Shown: positions 10,880 through 20,860 of the stretch, one piece after another | Numbering within the stretch: the stretch's first letter is position 1 | Layout of the letters: each line of letters starts with the position of its first letter | Assembly: GCA_047620145.1 (NCBI GenBank) | Contig: JBLHKO010000004.1 | Coordinates: forward strand, 1 to 58,306 | Origin: Gammaproteobacteria bacterium | GTDB lineage: Bacteria; Pseudomonadota; Gammaproteobacteria; Eutrophobiales; Eutrophobiaceae | Direction of reading: 5' to 3' | Length of the DNA stretch: 58,306 nt | Notes under the pieces: model-generated | What the model was told of the DNA's origin: nothing | Database searches by the model: none | The model's input: the letters and a program-made list of their open reading frames with translations, nothing else | Position numbers and translations under genes: made by a program

Positions 10880-11665
10880 CTACAAACCAGCTTCCTGGTG
10901 AAACTTATCCACTGCAGTTTTCAATAATCTGTATCCTTCAACCAGTCGCACAGAAGGTCGACCCAAATACGCTTCCGAAATCGGAACAATTCGTTTATTT
11001 CGAACAGCTGATACCGAACTCAAAATTGGGTTATCACTAATCACAGATGAGCGATACTTTTCCTCTTTAACCCCACACCAAGAAATAACAATGATGTCAG
11101 GGTTTAAATCTGCGAATTGTTCGAGTTCTAGAGGACAACTGATTTCGTCAAACGCTTCTAAAGCATTTCGACCACCGGCCAATTCAATAATATCATGAAC
11201 CCAACTTTTCCTTGCAGCAATAATGGGTGGCTTTGGCCACCATTGCACCGCGATAGAAGGAATTTGCACACCATTATGTTCAACAGGTTTAAGTTGCTGT
11301 CTCATTTCGTCAATCAGTTGAGTCCCGCGACTGGCAACGCCTAACTGTTGCGCAATATTTTCAATATCATTGTAAACAGCTTCTAACGATTCTGGTGCTG
11401 ATGCCCAATAAGGTAATCCTGCATTTTTCAGAGCATCAATTACCTTTTCATGACCCGGAACAGTTAATGAGGCCAAAACAAGATCTGGTTGCAGACTGGA
11501 AATTACTTCTGCATCGACTTGAAGATCAGGCCCAACTCTAGGCAAGCAAGAAACAACATCTATTGGAAAATCAGAATGGTTATCAACACCCACCAAATAT
11601 CGTTCACAACCAAGCGCACAGACAATTTCTGTATTAGAACAAGTAGTCGAAACAATCCTCATCAC
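10880..11665 (-). CDS. BtuF-like (helical-backbone) cobalamin-binding protein lacking a signal peptide
   Basis: RIVSTTCSNTEIVCALG, LVGVDNHSDFP, SLQPDLVLAS, IIELAGGRN, NPDIIVISWCG, RPSVRLVEG. The N-terminus begins directly with the RIVS strand. Confidence 0.75.
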   Translation of the reverse strand: MMRIVSTTCSNTEIVCALGCERYLVGVDNHSDFPIDVVSCLPRVGPDLQVDAEVISSLQPDLVLASLTVPGHEKVIDALKNAGLPYWASAPESLEAVYNDIENIAQQLGVASRGTQLIDEMRQQLKPVEHNGVQIPSIAVQWWPKPPIIAARKSWVHDIIELAGGRNALEAFDEISCPLELEQFADLNPDIIVISWCGVKEEKYRSSVISDNPILSSVSAVRNKRIVPISEAYLGRPSVRLVEGYRLLKTAVDKFHQEAGL

Positions 11666-11674
11666 TATCGAAGA

Positions 11675-14600
11675 CTACATGTTCCTGCGATATTGACCAC
11701 CAACCTCAAAGAATGCATCAGTGATCTGTCCAAGAGAGCAATGTTCAACGGCATCCATTAATACTGCAAAAATATTTTCGTTATTTTGTGCAGCTTTTTT
11801 TAATTTCTCCATTTGAATTTCACTTTGATCTTTATGTCGCAAATGAAAATCATTGAGTCGACTCAATTGACTCTGTTTCTCTTCTTCTGTTGAACGGGCT
11901 AGTTCAATATTATTTGTATTTTCATCAACATGTGGATTCTCGAATGTATTCACTCCGATAATGGGGAGTTCGCCATTATGTTTAAGCATTTCATAATGTA
12001 ACGATTCATCTTGAATTTTACCGCGCTGATATCCCGTTTCCATCGAACCCAACACGCCACCACGCTCAGACATTCGATCAAATTCTTTTAACACAGCTTC
12101 TTCAACCAGATTCGTTAACTCTTCAACAATAAATGAACCTTGAAGTGAATTCTCGTTTTTGGATAGACCATATTCTTTGTTAATGATCAACTGTATCGCC
12201 ATTGCCCGACGCACCGATCCCTCTGTTGGAGTTGTAATCGCCTCATCATAGGCATTTGTGTGCAGGCTATTGCAGTTGTCATTAATCGCAATCAACGCCT
12301 GTAATGTTGTGCGTATATCGTTGAAGTCAATCTCTTGAGCATGTAACGAACGGCCCGATGTCTGAATATGATATTTCAGTTTTTGACTACGTTCATTTGC
12401 GCCGTATTTATTTCGCATCGTAGTGGACCATATTCGACGGGCAACGCGTCCCATGACAGTATATTCAGGATCCATTCCGTTAGAGAAAAAGAACGAAAGA
12501 TTACCTGCAAAATCATCAATATCCATTCCGCGCGATAGATAGGTTTCAACATAAGTGAAACCATTGGCAAGCGTGAAAGCCAACTGAGAAATAGGATTCG
12601 CACCTGCTTCAGCAATGTGATAACCGGATATAGAAACCGAATAAAAATTCCTGACTTTCTTATCTACAAAATACTGCTGGATATCTCCCATCATCTTGAG
12701 ACTAAATTCAGTAGAAAAAATACAGGTGTTCTGTCCCTGATCTTCCTTGAGAATATCGGCCTGGACTGTTCCTCGAACATTCTCCAATGACCAGTCCTTA
12801 ATTTTTAATTTTTCATCATCAGTAGGCTGCCTGCTATTTTCATTCTCAAATTTTGCGTATTGTTGATCAATTGCTGCGACCAGGAAGAAGGCCAGAATTG
12901 TAGGAGCTGGGCCATTGATGGTAAGAGAAACTGAAGTTGATGGTGTACATAGATCAAAACCATCAAACAGTACTTTCATATCATCAAGCGTTGCAATCGA
13001 CACCCCTGAATTTCCAACTTTTCCATAGATGTCAGGCCGCACACCGGGGTCATTCCCGTAGAGTGTCACTGAATCAAATGCTGTCGAAAGACGTGTTGCA
13101 TCGGAATTTTTAGAGAGATACTTAAAACGACGATTGGTACGAAATGGATCACCTTCACCAGCAAACATACGCGCCGGATCTTCACCTTCTCGTTTAAAAG
13201 CAAAAACCCCCGCGGTAAACGGAAAATTGCCTGGTAAATTTTCTTCAAGGAGAAAGCGTAAAATTTCTCCTTCATCTTTATAAAGTGGTAATGATACCTT
13301 TGGGATTCTTGTACCGGAAAGTGACCGACTGCTTATCTTTGTGCGATGTTCTTTGCCGCGAACATTGACAACATATTCATCTGCAGAATAATCTTTTTTG
13401 ATCTGCGGCCACATCTCAAGTAATTTTCGACACTTCGGATCCAGATTATCTTCCCGCTTCTCGATTAAAGCATGCAACACTTGGCTTTTTTCGCCTGCAT
13501 CTTCGAGCATTTTTTTAGATTCTATTAACTGCTGTCGCTGACGTGCGATCTCAACTTGTTCTGCTGACGATTTGTGATAGTTGCGCACAGTTTCAGCAAT
13601 CTCAGCCAGATAACGTTGACGTTCAGGCGCAACAATCACCGTTCGGCTAGAAGAACATTTAGACTTTACCGGCGCAAAGAATTCACCTTTCCAATTATTC
13701 AATCCTTTATCTTTAAGCACATTGAGCAAGCCGTGATATAAGGAAGTCACGCCATCATCATTGAATTTGGATGCAATTGTTCCGTAGACCGGTAACGCCT
13801 CCGTAGCAGTGGTAAACAATTCACAATTTCGCTGATATTGTTTACGAACATCACGCAACGCATCTTCACCACCTTTACGATCATATTTATTGATCACAAC
13901 CAGATCCGCAAAATCAAGCATCTCTATTTTTTCGAGCTGACTCGCGGCGCCAAATTCAGGCGTCATCACGTACATCGAAGTATTTACATACGGTACGATC
14001 CCGGCGTCACCCTGGCCGATTCCCGGGGTCTCTACGATTATTAGATCAAACTCAGATACTTTACATAGATCAATAATATGTGACAGTGAGGTCGGTACTT
14101 CTCCTAATGTTCCACGTGTTGCGATTGAACGAAAATAAATATTGGGAACATCCAGCGAATTCATGCGAATACGATCACCAAGTAATGCCCCACCCGTTTT
14201 ACGTTTGGTAGGGTCAATTGCAATGATTGCAATTTTGAGTTCGCTAAGATCAAGATTAAACCGACGAATTAATTCGTCAGTTAATGATGATTTACCCGAC
14301 CCCCCTGTCCCTGTGATCCCCAGTATCGGTGTTTTGTTAAATTTCCTGGCCTCTGCAGTCAGCGTCTTAAGACGGCTTTCTGCAATTACGCCTTCATCAA
14401 TCGCTGTGATCAATCGTGCAAGGTCGCCGTAACCATCAGCCAAAAGATTACTGTTATTCTGAGGAATATCTTTATTGGAGAGATCAATATCTGCACGCTC
14501 GACCATGTCATTGATAATGCCTTGCAGTTGCATTTTCTGACCGTCTTCAGGTGAGTAAATACGCGTCACACCATATCGCTCAAGCTCGGCAATCTCTTCG

Positions 14601-14950
14601 GGGATAATGACACCGCCGCCCCCGCCAAATACTTTGATATGTGATGCACCCCTTTCTTTTAGTAGATCTATCATATATTTAAAATATTCAACATGGCCAC
14701 CTTGATAAGAGCTGATGGCGATCCCCTGAACATCTTCCTGAACCGCAGCATCGATGATTTCGCCTACTGAACGGTTATGACCCAGATGAATTACCTCGAC
14801 ACCGGTTGACTGTAAAATACGGCGCATGATGTTAATGGCCGCATCGTGACCGTCGAACAAACTGGCAGCAGTAACAAAACGAACATGATTCTCTGCTTTG
14901 TATTTCTCAGTTATTAGACTTTTGCCTATCATTTTTGCAGCTGTTGCCAT
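11675..14950 (-). CDS. icmF: Fused isobutyryl-CoA mutase / MeaB-like GTPase (IcmF)
   Basis: 1091 aa: N-terminal B12-binding domain ([10 protein letters not shown]), P-loop [12 protein letters not shown], mutase domain with [47 protein letters not shown]. Confidence 0.95.
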   Translation of the reverse strand: MATAAKMIGKSLITEKYKAENHVRFVTAASLFDGHDAAINIMRRILQSTGVEVIHLGHNRSVGEIIDAAVQEDVQGIAISSYQGGHVEYFKYMIDLLKERGASHIKVFGGGGGVIIPEEIAELERYGVTRIYSPEDGQKMQLQGIINDMVERADIDLSNKDIPQNNSNLLADGYGDLARLITAIDEGVIAESRLKTLTAEARKFNKTPILGITGTGGSGKSSLTDELIRRFNLDLSELKIAIIAIDPTKRKTGGALLGDRIRMNSLDVPNIYFRSIATRGTLGEVPTSLSHIIDLCKVSEFDLIIVETPGIGQGDAGIVPYVNTSMYVMTPEFGAASQLEKIEMLDFADLVVINKYDRKGGEDALRDVRKQYQRNCELFTTATEALPVYGTIASKFNDDGVTSLYHGLLNVLKDKGLNNWKGEFFAPVKSKCSSSRTVIVAPERQRYLAEIAETVRNYHKSSAEQVEIARQRQQLIESKKMLEDAGEKSQVLHALIEKREDNLDPKCRKLLEMWPQIKKDYSADEYVVNVRGKEHRTKISSRSLSGTRIPKVSLPLYKDEGEILRFLLEENLPGNFPFTAGVFAFKREGEDPARMFAGEGDPFRTNRRFKYLSKNSDATRLSTAFDSVTLYGNDPGVRPDIYGKVGNSGVSIATLDDMKVLFDGFDLCTPSTSVSLTINGPAPTILAFFLVAAIDQQYAKFENENSRQPTDDEKLKIKDWSLENVRGTVQADILKEDQGQNTCIFSTEFSLKMMGDIQQYFVDKKVRNFYSVSISGYHIAEAGANPISQLAFTLANGFTYVETYLSRGMDIDDFAGNLSFFFSNGMDPEYTVMGRVARRIWSTTMRNKYGANERSQKLKYHIQTSGRSLHAQEIDFNDIRTTLQALIAINDNCNSLHTNAYDEAITTPTEGSVRRAMAIQLIINKEYGLSKNENSLQGSFIVEELTNLVEEAVLKEFDRMSERGGVLGSMETGYQRGKIQDESLHYEMLKHNGELPIIGVNTFENPHVDENTNNIELARSTEEEKQSQLSRLNDFHLRHKDQSEIQMEKLKKAAQNNENIFAVLMDAVEHCSLGQITDAFFEVGGQYRRNM

Positions 14951-15001
14951 TTAGTACTCCTGAATTTTGTAAATATTAATGTGCCTTTATCTAAGCTACA
15001 T

Positions 15002-15184
15002 CTAGGATCTTTTAGCCTGAAGATGTTGAAGGCGTTTTATACTTTCTTCAATAATTGCTTGTTTCTGATCATTATTTGCACTGGTCCAGCCACAAATTTC
15101 GGTCATCTCTCTACCACAACCAAGGCAAACATCATCATTATTTAAACAGCAACTTCTAATACAAGGAGATGCAATTATATCCAT
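15002..15184 (-). CDS. DUF1289-like small Cys-rich protein
   Basis: SPCIRSCCLNNDDVCLGCGREMTEICGW pattern; ATG overlaps the upstream stop (TAATG). Confidence 0.75.
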   Translation of the reverse strand: MDIIASPCIRSCCLNNDDVCLGCGREMTEICGWTSANNDQKQAIIEESIKRLQHLQAKRS

Positions 15185-16815
15185 TAGCTACCTGCTTCTT
15201 CTCGTAGTTCTACTCTCCGAATCTTGCCAGAAACCGTTTTTGGCAGTGCTTCGCGATATTCAATCTCCCTTGGATATTTGTAAGGGGCCGTGCTCTTTTT
15301 CATAAATTCCTGAATCTCTTTTGTCAATGCCTCACTCGATTCAAAACCAGGAGCAAGGACTATGTATGCTTTTACAATCTCACCGCGAATATCATCTGGC
15401 TTACCAACGGCTGCCGATTCTTGAACGGCAGGATGTTCCAATAATGTGCTCTCCACCTCGAATGGGCTAATGCGATATCCTGACGAACTGATGATGTCAT
15501 CTGAACGACCAACAAACCAAAAATAGCCATCTTCATCAACAGTTCCGGTATCTCCTGTTTGATACCATCCGTTTCTGAAAGATTTTTCTGTTGCTTCGTC
15601 ATCTTGCCAATAACCGGCGAACATTCCTGGGGCTAAAGGATCAGTAATGCGTATAGCAATATGGCCTACTGAATTAACATCACACAACTTGCCATCATCA
15701 TCCACAATCTGCACATCAACACCTGGCGCTGGTTTACCCATGGAGCCTGGTTTAACCGGAATCGCCGGGTAATTGGCAACGATATTGATCGTTTCTGTTT
15801 GACCATAACCATCATAGATGTCAGAACCTGTCGCATTTCGCCAGACCTTGATGACTTCAGGGTTAAGCGGCTCACCCGCGCCTATAGCGTGTCGAATTGA
15901 AGTCAAATTAAATTGCGATAGATCCAACTGTGCAAAGACTCGGTAAACCGTGGGTGGCGCGCAAAAAGTTGTGACACGTAATTTCTCTATCAAATTCAAA
16001 TGTAGTTCAGCGTCGAAACCTTCGCCATTGAAGAGCACCATCGTCGCCCCCATTTGCCACGGAGAAAACAACATCCCCCATGCAGCCTTGGCCCAGCCCG
16101 TATCCGAAAGCGTCCAGTGTATGTCTTCCTCTTCTAGATCCATCCAATAGCGACCAGTAATAGAATGAGCCAACGCGTATGAGTGATCACGCGGTACCAT
16201 TTTCGGCATCGCAGTTGTCCCCGATGTAAAGTAGATAATCATCAGATCTGATGACCGGGTTGGTTCTAATTGCGTTTTATCGATCGTAGCAGATGCTTGT
16301 GATGTTATTTCCGTATAACTTAGCCAACCTTCTCTCGCTTCACCAATGACAATAAAGATTTCCAGTGTCGGGCATAATTGTCGAATTTCATCAACTTTTT
16401 GAGAATGTTCAGCGCTGACAATAACAAGTCTTGCTTTCGATCGATTGATACGATATTCAATATCTTTAGCCGTCAACAAACCAGTTCCCGGCATCGCAAC
16501 AACACCCGATTTACAACAACCAATCATGGCGAAATACCACTCAGGAATGCGCGGCATCATGACAAAGGCGAGATCACCTTTTATTGCACCTGCTGACAGC
16601 AGTGCATTTGCAAATTGATTGGAAGCGACATCTAAATCACTAAAGGCGTAATGTTGAATATTTTCGCCCTTGCCATCAACTGCAATAAAAGCAGTTTTAT
16701 CATGCTCTCTAGCTCTTTGTTCGATGACATCAAAACCAAAATTATAAAACTCTGGGATCTCCAGCTTAAACTGGCTTTTAATCTCATCATAATCGTACAT
16801 TTTTGGTAACTGCAA
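15184..16815 (-). CDS. Short/medium-chain acyl-CoA synthetase (ACSM-like)
   Basis: YFTSGTTAMPKMV, SDTGWAKAAWG, YDGYGQTET, TGD, GRSDD, KTVSGKIRR adenylation motifs. Start TTG 16815 or ATG 16800. Confidence 0.92.
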   Translation of the reverse strand: MQLPKMYDYDEIKSQFKLEIPEFYNFGFDVIEQRAREHDKTAFIAVDGKGENIQHYAFSDLDVASNQFANALLSAGAIKGDLAFVMMPRIPEWYFAMIGCCKSGVVAMPGTGLLTAKDIEYRINRSKARLVIVSAEHSQKVDEIRQLCPTLEIFIVIGEAREGWLSYTEITSQASATIDKTQLEPTRSSDLMIIYFTSGTTAMPKMVPRDHSYALAHSITGRYWMDLEEEDIHWTLSDTGWAKAAWGMLFSPWQMGATMVLFNGEGFDAELHLNLIEKLRVTTFCAPPTVYRVFAQLDLSQFNLTSIRHAIGAGEPLNPEVIKVWRNATGSDIYDGYGQTETINIVANYPAIPVKPGSMGKPAPGVDVQIVDDDGKLCDVNSVGHIAIRITDPLAPGMFAGYWQDDEATEKSFRNGWYQTGDTGTVDEDGYFWFVGRSDDIISSSGYRISPFEVESTLLEHPAVQESAAVGKPDDIRGEIVKAYIVLAPGFESSEALTKEIQEFMKKSTAPYKYPREIEYREALPKTVSGKIRRVELREEAGS

Positions 16816-16948
16816 TTATTTATCTCCTCAAACTTTTTTATTATTACCACTAGGCAAAGTCGCAATAAAGGGCAATATTTTTCAACTCCATTTTAATTAC
16901 TAAATATTATGGCGAATATAATCACACCTTTTTTCAATTTATAAGCTT

Positions 16949-17605
16949 CTATTTTGGAATTGGTTTAAGGAGTATTTCCATAGTGCGTTTAAGTCCTTTA
17001 TGTAATTCTTCGATTTCATCCATCGAATCCGGGCTGACCAACCATTGATAGACTATCCCCACTAATGCTGAGCAAAATTGAGCGGCGACGGCCTCTATAT
17101 TAACGGATGTATTAATCGTCCCCGCTTCAACGGCCTGACAGATCCACTCAACCACATCGCGTTGTCTGCGCCGATGAATTGTGGCGATAACCTCCTTCGC
17201 TTCAGAACCTGGACTGATGGATTCAAACCAGAGAATATAAAATGCGCGCACATGATCTGGTGCATCTAAACAAAAACGATAATGAGCATCCGTTGCCTCT
17301 CGTATTGCCTCTATACCAACTTTATCCGCAGTTACTTTTTTCAATTCCCGTAACCATTCTTCGCTAATCGCATGGATGACAAAGCTAAACAAACCTTCCT
17401 TCGAACCAAAACGATAACCCGCCAAACCACGGCTATATCCAGCCTGCTCCCCGATATCTTTTAAGGTTGTTTTTGCTGTGCCTCGTTCGACAATCAGTTT
17501 AATAGCGGCTTCGAGCATAAGCTCATCGGATATGGCAGTACGTTCCGCTTGAGTTTGGCGGGCTTGTGAGAGTTCATTAATTGAATTGGCTACGGTAATT
17601 GACAT
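16949..17605 (-). CDS. TetR/AcrR family transcriptional regulator
   Basis: N-terminal HTH: AAIKLIVERGTAKTTLKDIGEQAGYSRGLAGYRFGSKEGL. Confidence 0.92.
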   Translation of the reverse strand: MSITVANSINELSQARQTQAERTAISDELMLEAAIKLIVERGTAKTTLKDIGEQAGYSRGLAGYRFGSKEGLFSFVIHAISEEWLRELKKVTADKVGIEAIREATDAHYRFCLDAPDHVRAFYILWFESISPGSEAKEVIATIHRRRQRDVVEWICQAVEAGTINTSVNIEAVAAQFCSALVGIVYQWLVSPDSMDEIEELHKGLKRTMEILLKPIPK

Positions 17606-17610
17606 AATTC

Positions 17611-17657
17611 ACACATTATACATACTTGTTTGCAACAAGCAAGTATGTATAATGTGT
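17611..17657. promoter_or_regulatory. 18-bp perfect inverted repeat; probable TetR operator overlapping divergent promoters
   Basis: acacattatacatacttg (17611-17628) and caagtatgtataatgtgt (17640-17657). Each arm supplies a TATAAT, one per strand. Confidence 0.8.
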
Positions 17658-17745
17658 CTTATAAAATAACGTAGCACTTATTTCTTTATATAATCAATGA
17701 CCTACAATATTTTTCATTCACACTCAGGAATCTGGAGAGACAATA

Positions 17746-18411
17746 ATGAATACAACTGATGCAATCCGCGGACGCATTTCCACCCGTGCTTTCCTTGAAA
17801 ATCCTGTATCAAAAGAAACTATTACTGAGATTCTCGATACAGCTCGCTGGAGCCCATCAGGTACGAATACTCAACCCTGGAAAGTGGTGGTGGTACAAGG
17901 CAAGACTAAACAGGCAATTACCGAAGCTTTGCTTAATGCTAATAAAAATGGTGATAAAGCCAATCCCGATTACGATTACTACCCAACAGAATGGGTTGAG
18001 CCTTACAAAGGCCGTCGATTTCAATGTGGTATGGATCTATACAAAGCACTGGAAATAGGTCGCGAAGATAAAGATAAAAGAGTGGAGGCAGCGCTTGCAA
18101 ACTACCGATTCTTTGGCGCACCAGTCACGCTATTTTTCTTCATTGATAAAATCATGCGCAAGGGATCATGGATAGATATGGGCATGTTTTTGCAAAGCGT
18201 GATGCTCACCGCACGTGAACATGGCCTTGGTAGTTGCCCACAGGCATCTACCAGCGATTATCCTGATTTAGTGAGAGATATCCTTGGCGTTACAGACGAG
18301 TTTTCATTGATATGTGGAATGTCCCTTGGCTACCCCGACAATGAGAAGCCAGTAAATAATTATCGTACTGCTCGCGAAGAGGTTGATACCTTTACCACAT
18401 GGTTTGATTAA
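17746..18411 (+). CDS. Nitroreductase family protein (NfnB/PnbA-like)
   Basis: RISTRAF, ARWSPSGTNTQPW, YRFFGAPV, HGLGSCPQAS, GMSLGYPD. SD ggag upstream. Confidence 0.9.
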   Translation: MNTTDAIRGRISTRAFLENPVSKETITEILDTARWSPSGTNTQPWKVVVVQGKTKQAITEALLNANKNGDKANPDYDYYPTEWVEPYKGRRFQCGMDLYKALEIGREDKDKRVEAALANYRFFGAPVTLFFFIDKIMRKGSWIDMGMFLQSVMLTAREHGLGSCPQASTSDYPDLVRDILGVTDEFSLICGMSLGYPDNEKPVNNYRTAREEVDTFTTWFD

Positions 18412-18427
18412 CGTAATTTTGACGTTT

Positions 18428-18491
18428 CAATAACCGGTGTAGCTTTGTTGCGTCTGTCGGCGAAGGTGCCAAGTTTATCGATTTGTTATGT
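18428..18491 (-). other. Degenerate attC site
   Basis: Minus strand ACATAAC-aaatc-GATAAACTT...AAAGCTAC-accg-GTTATTG. R'' (C)ACATAAC is complementary to the GTTATGTG found 5' of the 18521-18799 gene. Confidence 0.55.
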
Positions 18492-18520
18492 GTATTTTCC
18501 CAAGCGGCTAGGAAATATAT

Positions 18521-18799
18521 TTATTTACTACCCCATATTTTTGAAACTGCACGATCTGTACCCAATGCACCTACAACTAAACAAGTGAACCCAACCGCAA
18601 AAAAAATAAGGCCTGGTAAAGCAGCACCCATTTGATCAAAACTTATGCCTGCTATAACTACAGAAATTGATAGAACCCAAAAAAGACACCCGACAACTAG
18701 CAATATAGTTCTATGCGATTTTTTGTATGAAAAAGAACCTTCACCAGCCTCAAATATTTTAAGTAACGGTAAGAATATTTTCCTCAAAATCTGCTTCAC
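18521..18799 (-). CDS. Small membrane protein, probable gene cassette
   Basis: 92 aa, two hydrophobic helices, GTG start with gagg SD; flanked by complementary GTTATGTG / CACATAAC core sites. Confidence 0.75.
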   Translation of the reverse strand: MKQILRKIFLPLLKIFEAGEGSFSYKKSHRTILLVVGCLFWVLSISVVIAGISFDQMGAALPGLIFFAVGFTCLVVGALGTDRAVSKIWGSK

Positions 18800-18834
18800 A
18801 AATAAACCTCAATTATCTTCGAACTCTTGATACT

Positions 18835-18857
18835 CACATAACATTCTCTTGTTAAAC
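18835..18857 (-). other. Collapsed attC-like junction (R'' and R' separated by 8 bp)
   Basis: Minus strand GTTTAAC-aagagaat-GTTATGTG. The GST stop codon is the TAA of GTTTAAC. Confidence 0.5.
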
Positions 18858-19481
18858 CTGAGTCGCTGGTCGCGAAGACACTTTCTCATACCATTTTCTG
18901 GAATGTGTGTTTGCGTCTGGTATCTCAAACTCTGCAAACTTTGCAAAGTCGATAGCGACCAAACCAGTAATGTCTGCCATGCTATAACTCTTTCCAGCGA
19001 TATATGGTGAGTCGCTAAGTCTCTTCTCGAGTCTCTCGAAATAAATCTTAATACCATTTTTACCACGCTCAATCAGCTCAGGAATAATCTTGTCGCCCTC
19101 TCGACCCCCAACGCCACGCATTGCGAAATCAGGAAAATTGTTACGAAACGCATAGATCACTGATTGCATCCCACTATGTTCCATATGACGATCCCATGAG
19201 ATAACTTGTGCGCGTTCTAGCGGGGTTGTACCAAACAGGGGTGGCTCAGGATGAATATCATTTAGATAGCTACAAACTGCAGGCGCTTCGCTAATGACAG
19301 TCCCGTCATCTAGCTCAAGTGCGGGGCATAAACCCCAAATATTCTTCGACAGGTAATCTTCTTTTAGATTTTCTCCGCCAAAAAGATCGACCTCTACAGA
19401 AGGAATATCGAGTCCCTTTTCTTTGATAAAGATACGGACGCGTCTGGGATTGGGAGCCATTGAACAGTCGTAAAATTTCAC
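18852..19481 (-). CDS. Glutathione S-transferase family protein
   Basis: APNPRRVRIF, CPALELDDGTVISEAPAV, YIAGKSYSMADI. GTG start with aaggag SD. Confidence 0.9.
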   Translation of the reverse strand: MKFYDCSMAPNPRRVRIFIKEKGLDIPSVEVDLFGGENLKEDYLSKNIWGLCPALELDDGTVISEAPAVCSYLNDIHPEPPLFGTTPLERAQVISWDRHMEHSGMQSVIYAFRNNFPDFAMRGVGGREGDKIIPELIERGKNGIKIYFERLEKRLSDSPYIAGKSYSMADITGLVAIDFAKFAEFEIPDANTHSRKWYEKVSSRPATQV

Positions 19482-19628
19482 TATATTCTCCTTCTAAGCA
19501 TTTATTTTTATTGAGGGAAACTTATCTTATCACTTAATATTTTACTTTCGGAGTAATTAGTCCATAGCAGTAATCGTTTAAATATCTATAATTGTTAGTA
19601 ACGTCATTTTTATCATTGTAACTTTCCA

Positions 19629-20027
19629 TTACTGTAACTTTTCCAGCTCACTGCGGATATCTTCTGTCAGTGGGGCAGACTTTTGTTGAGCATAATCAAA
19701 ATGTACCATAGTAGATTGACCTCTGGCGGCCTGCTCACCTTCCTGAAATAATTCCTGGCGAATCACAAATGAACTGTTTCCAATATCTCCTATCCCTGTC
19801 TTGATGGTCACTGGTTCTTGATAGCTGATTTGACGCAGGTATTCTACTTCTATCTTAACGATAATTAAGGCCCATTTTTTGGGGTCGAGATCTGGTGTGA
19901 ATAGTCTAAAAACAGGCGCGCGCGTCTTCTCAAACCACATAGGGACGACCGTATTGTTGATATGGCCTAAGGCATCCGTCTCATAAAAACCTGGGATAAT
20001 AATCTCTTCCAACATAACGTCTAACAT
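19629..20027 (-). CDS. Acyl-CoA thioesterase (4HBT/hotdog fold)
   Basis: FYETDALGHINNTVVPMWFEKTR, IGDIGNSSF, MVHFDY. Start may be the second Met. Confidence 0.88.
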   Translation of the reverse strand: MLDVMLEEIIIPGFYETDALGHINNTVVPMWFEKTRAPVFRLFTPDLDPKKWALIIVKIEVEYLRQISYQEPVTIKTGIGDIGNSSFVIRQELFQEGEQAARGQSTMVHFDYAQQKSAPLTEDIRSELEKLQ

Positions 20028-20084
20028 GCTCCATTTATAGTTAAATAATATTGTTTAATATTCAGCACTGAATAGCTTTTAAGA

Positions 20085-20525
20085 CTAGAAATCATAAGAA
20101 CCTGCTGTCATGACACTTTCAGGCATCCACGTTTCATGTACATGCAACCACTGCAAAGGCTCAGTCTTCTTAAATAATACAGTCGCAATACGTGCATTTT
20201 CTGCGGGCGTAGAGGCTATCGCATTACGTTGCCATTCTTCATAAGTAGCAACAATTTCCCCATCAAACACTCTATGCACTCTGACATTTCGAATAGCAAT
20301 TCGAAAATCAGGATTAGAACCGTGATCACTCCTTATACTGGATGTCAGTTCGCTTAGCGTTAATAACGAACCTGCTGGAGGAATAAGAAGGAAATCTGGG
20401 TCGAACCTGTTGAGGAAACCTGTTTCGAATTCACTCTCATCAAGCACACCTGAAAACCATCCAACAAAGAATCTATGAAGATCCTCCACTTCTGTTCGAA
20501 CATTCTCTTCAATAAGAGTGGTCAT
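20085..20525 (-). CDS. SnoaL/DUF4440-like (NTF2-fold) hypothetical protein, probable cassette
   Basis: LHRFFVGWFSG, RFDPDFLLIPPAG, ATYEEWQ, WLHVHETW pattern; GTTAGGC core site 15 bp upstream of the ATG. Confidence 0.65.
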   Translation of the reverse strand: MTTLIEENVRTEVEDLHRFFVGWFSGVLDESEFETGFLNRFDPDFLLIPPAGSLLTLSELTSSIRSDHGSNPDFRIAIRNVRVHRVFDGEIVATYEEWQRNAIASTPAENARIATVLFKKTEPLQWLHVHETWMPESVMTAGSYDF

Positions 20526-20533
20526 AATAATTG

Positions 20534-20603
20534 GCCTAACGACCAGGATGAGGGAATAACGCTCACAACACTATCAGCCAAAAAAATAGCCTGCGAGTTA
20601 TGC
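20534..20603 (-). other. Degenerate attC site
   Basis: Minus strand GCATAAC (containing the antitoxin stop TAA) ... GTTAGGC, 70 bp. Inner L boxes pair poorly. Confidence 0.6.
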
Positions 20604-20858
20604 TGCAGCTTCTTTATCTAATTCCCACCCGGGGAAAACCAGGACAGCTGGATGACAATGTAATGCGGAAGCCAATACTTTAGCTCGTTCGACGCCAAGA
20701 CTAATGCGACAGTTTTCGATTGCAGATAGTGTCGATTGAGGAATACCTGTTAGTTCTGCGAGTTCATTTTGACTAAGCTCTTGGAACTCACGAATGATGC
20801 GTACTGAATCACCAACGGTTACGTCAATCGACTTCTTAGCTTTTCTATAATCTTTCAC
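20598..20858 (-). CDS. higA: HigA-like XRE-family antitoxin
   Basis: ELSQNELAELTGIPQSTLSAIENCRISLGVERAKVLA HTH; 2 bp downstream of the toxin; GTG start. Confidence 0.8.
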   Translation of the reverse strand: MKDYRKAKKSIDVTVGDSVRIIREFQELSQNELAELTGIPQSTLSAIENCRISLGVERAKVLASALHCHPAVLVFPGWELDKEAAA

Positions 20859-20860
20859 AA

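Noticed and set aside
17746-18411. BluB (DMB synthase), suggested by the nearby B12 genes
   Set aside because: The sequence has the long YDYYP...RRFQCGMDLY insert and FFGAP motif of NfnB/PnbA-like nitroreductases, not BluB features as far as I can judge by eye.
19481-20084. attC sites flanking the thioesterase (GTTAGAC near its start, gttagta downstream)
   Set aside because: 7-mers alone are expected by chance; no paired L boxes were found.
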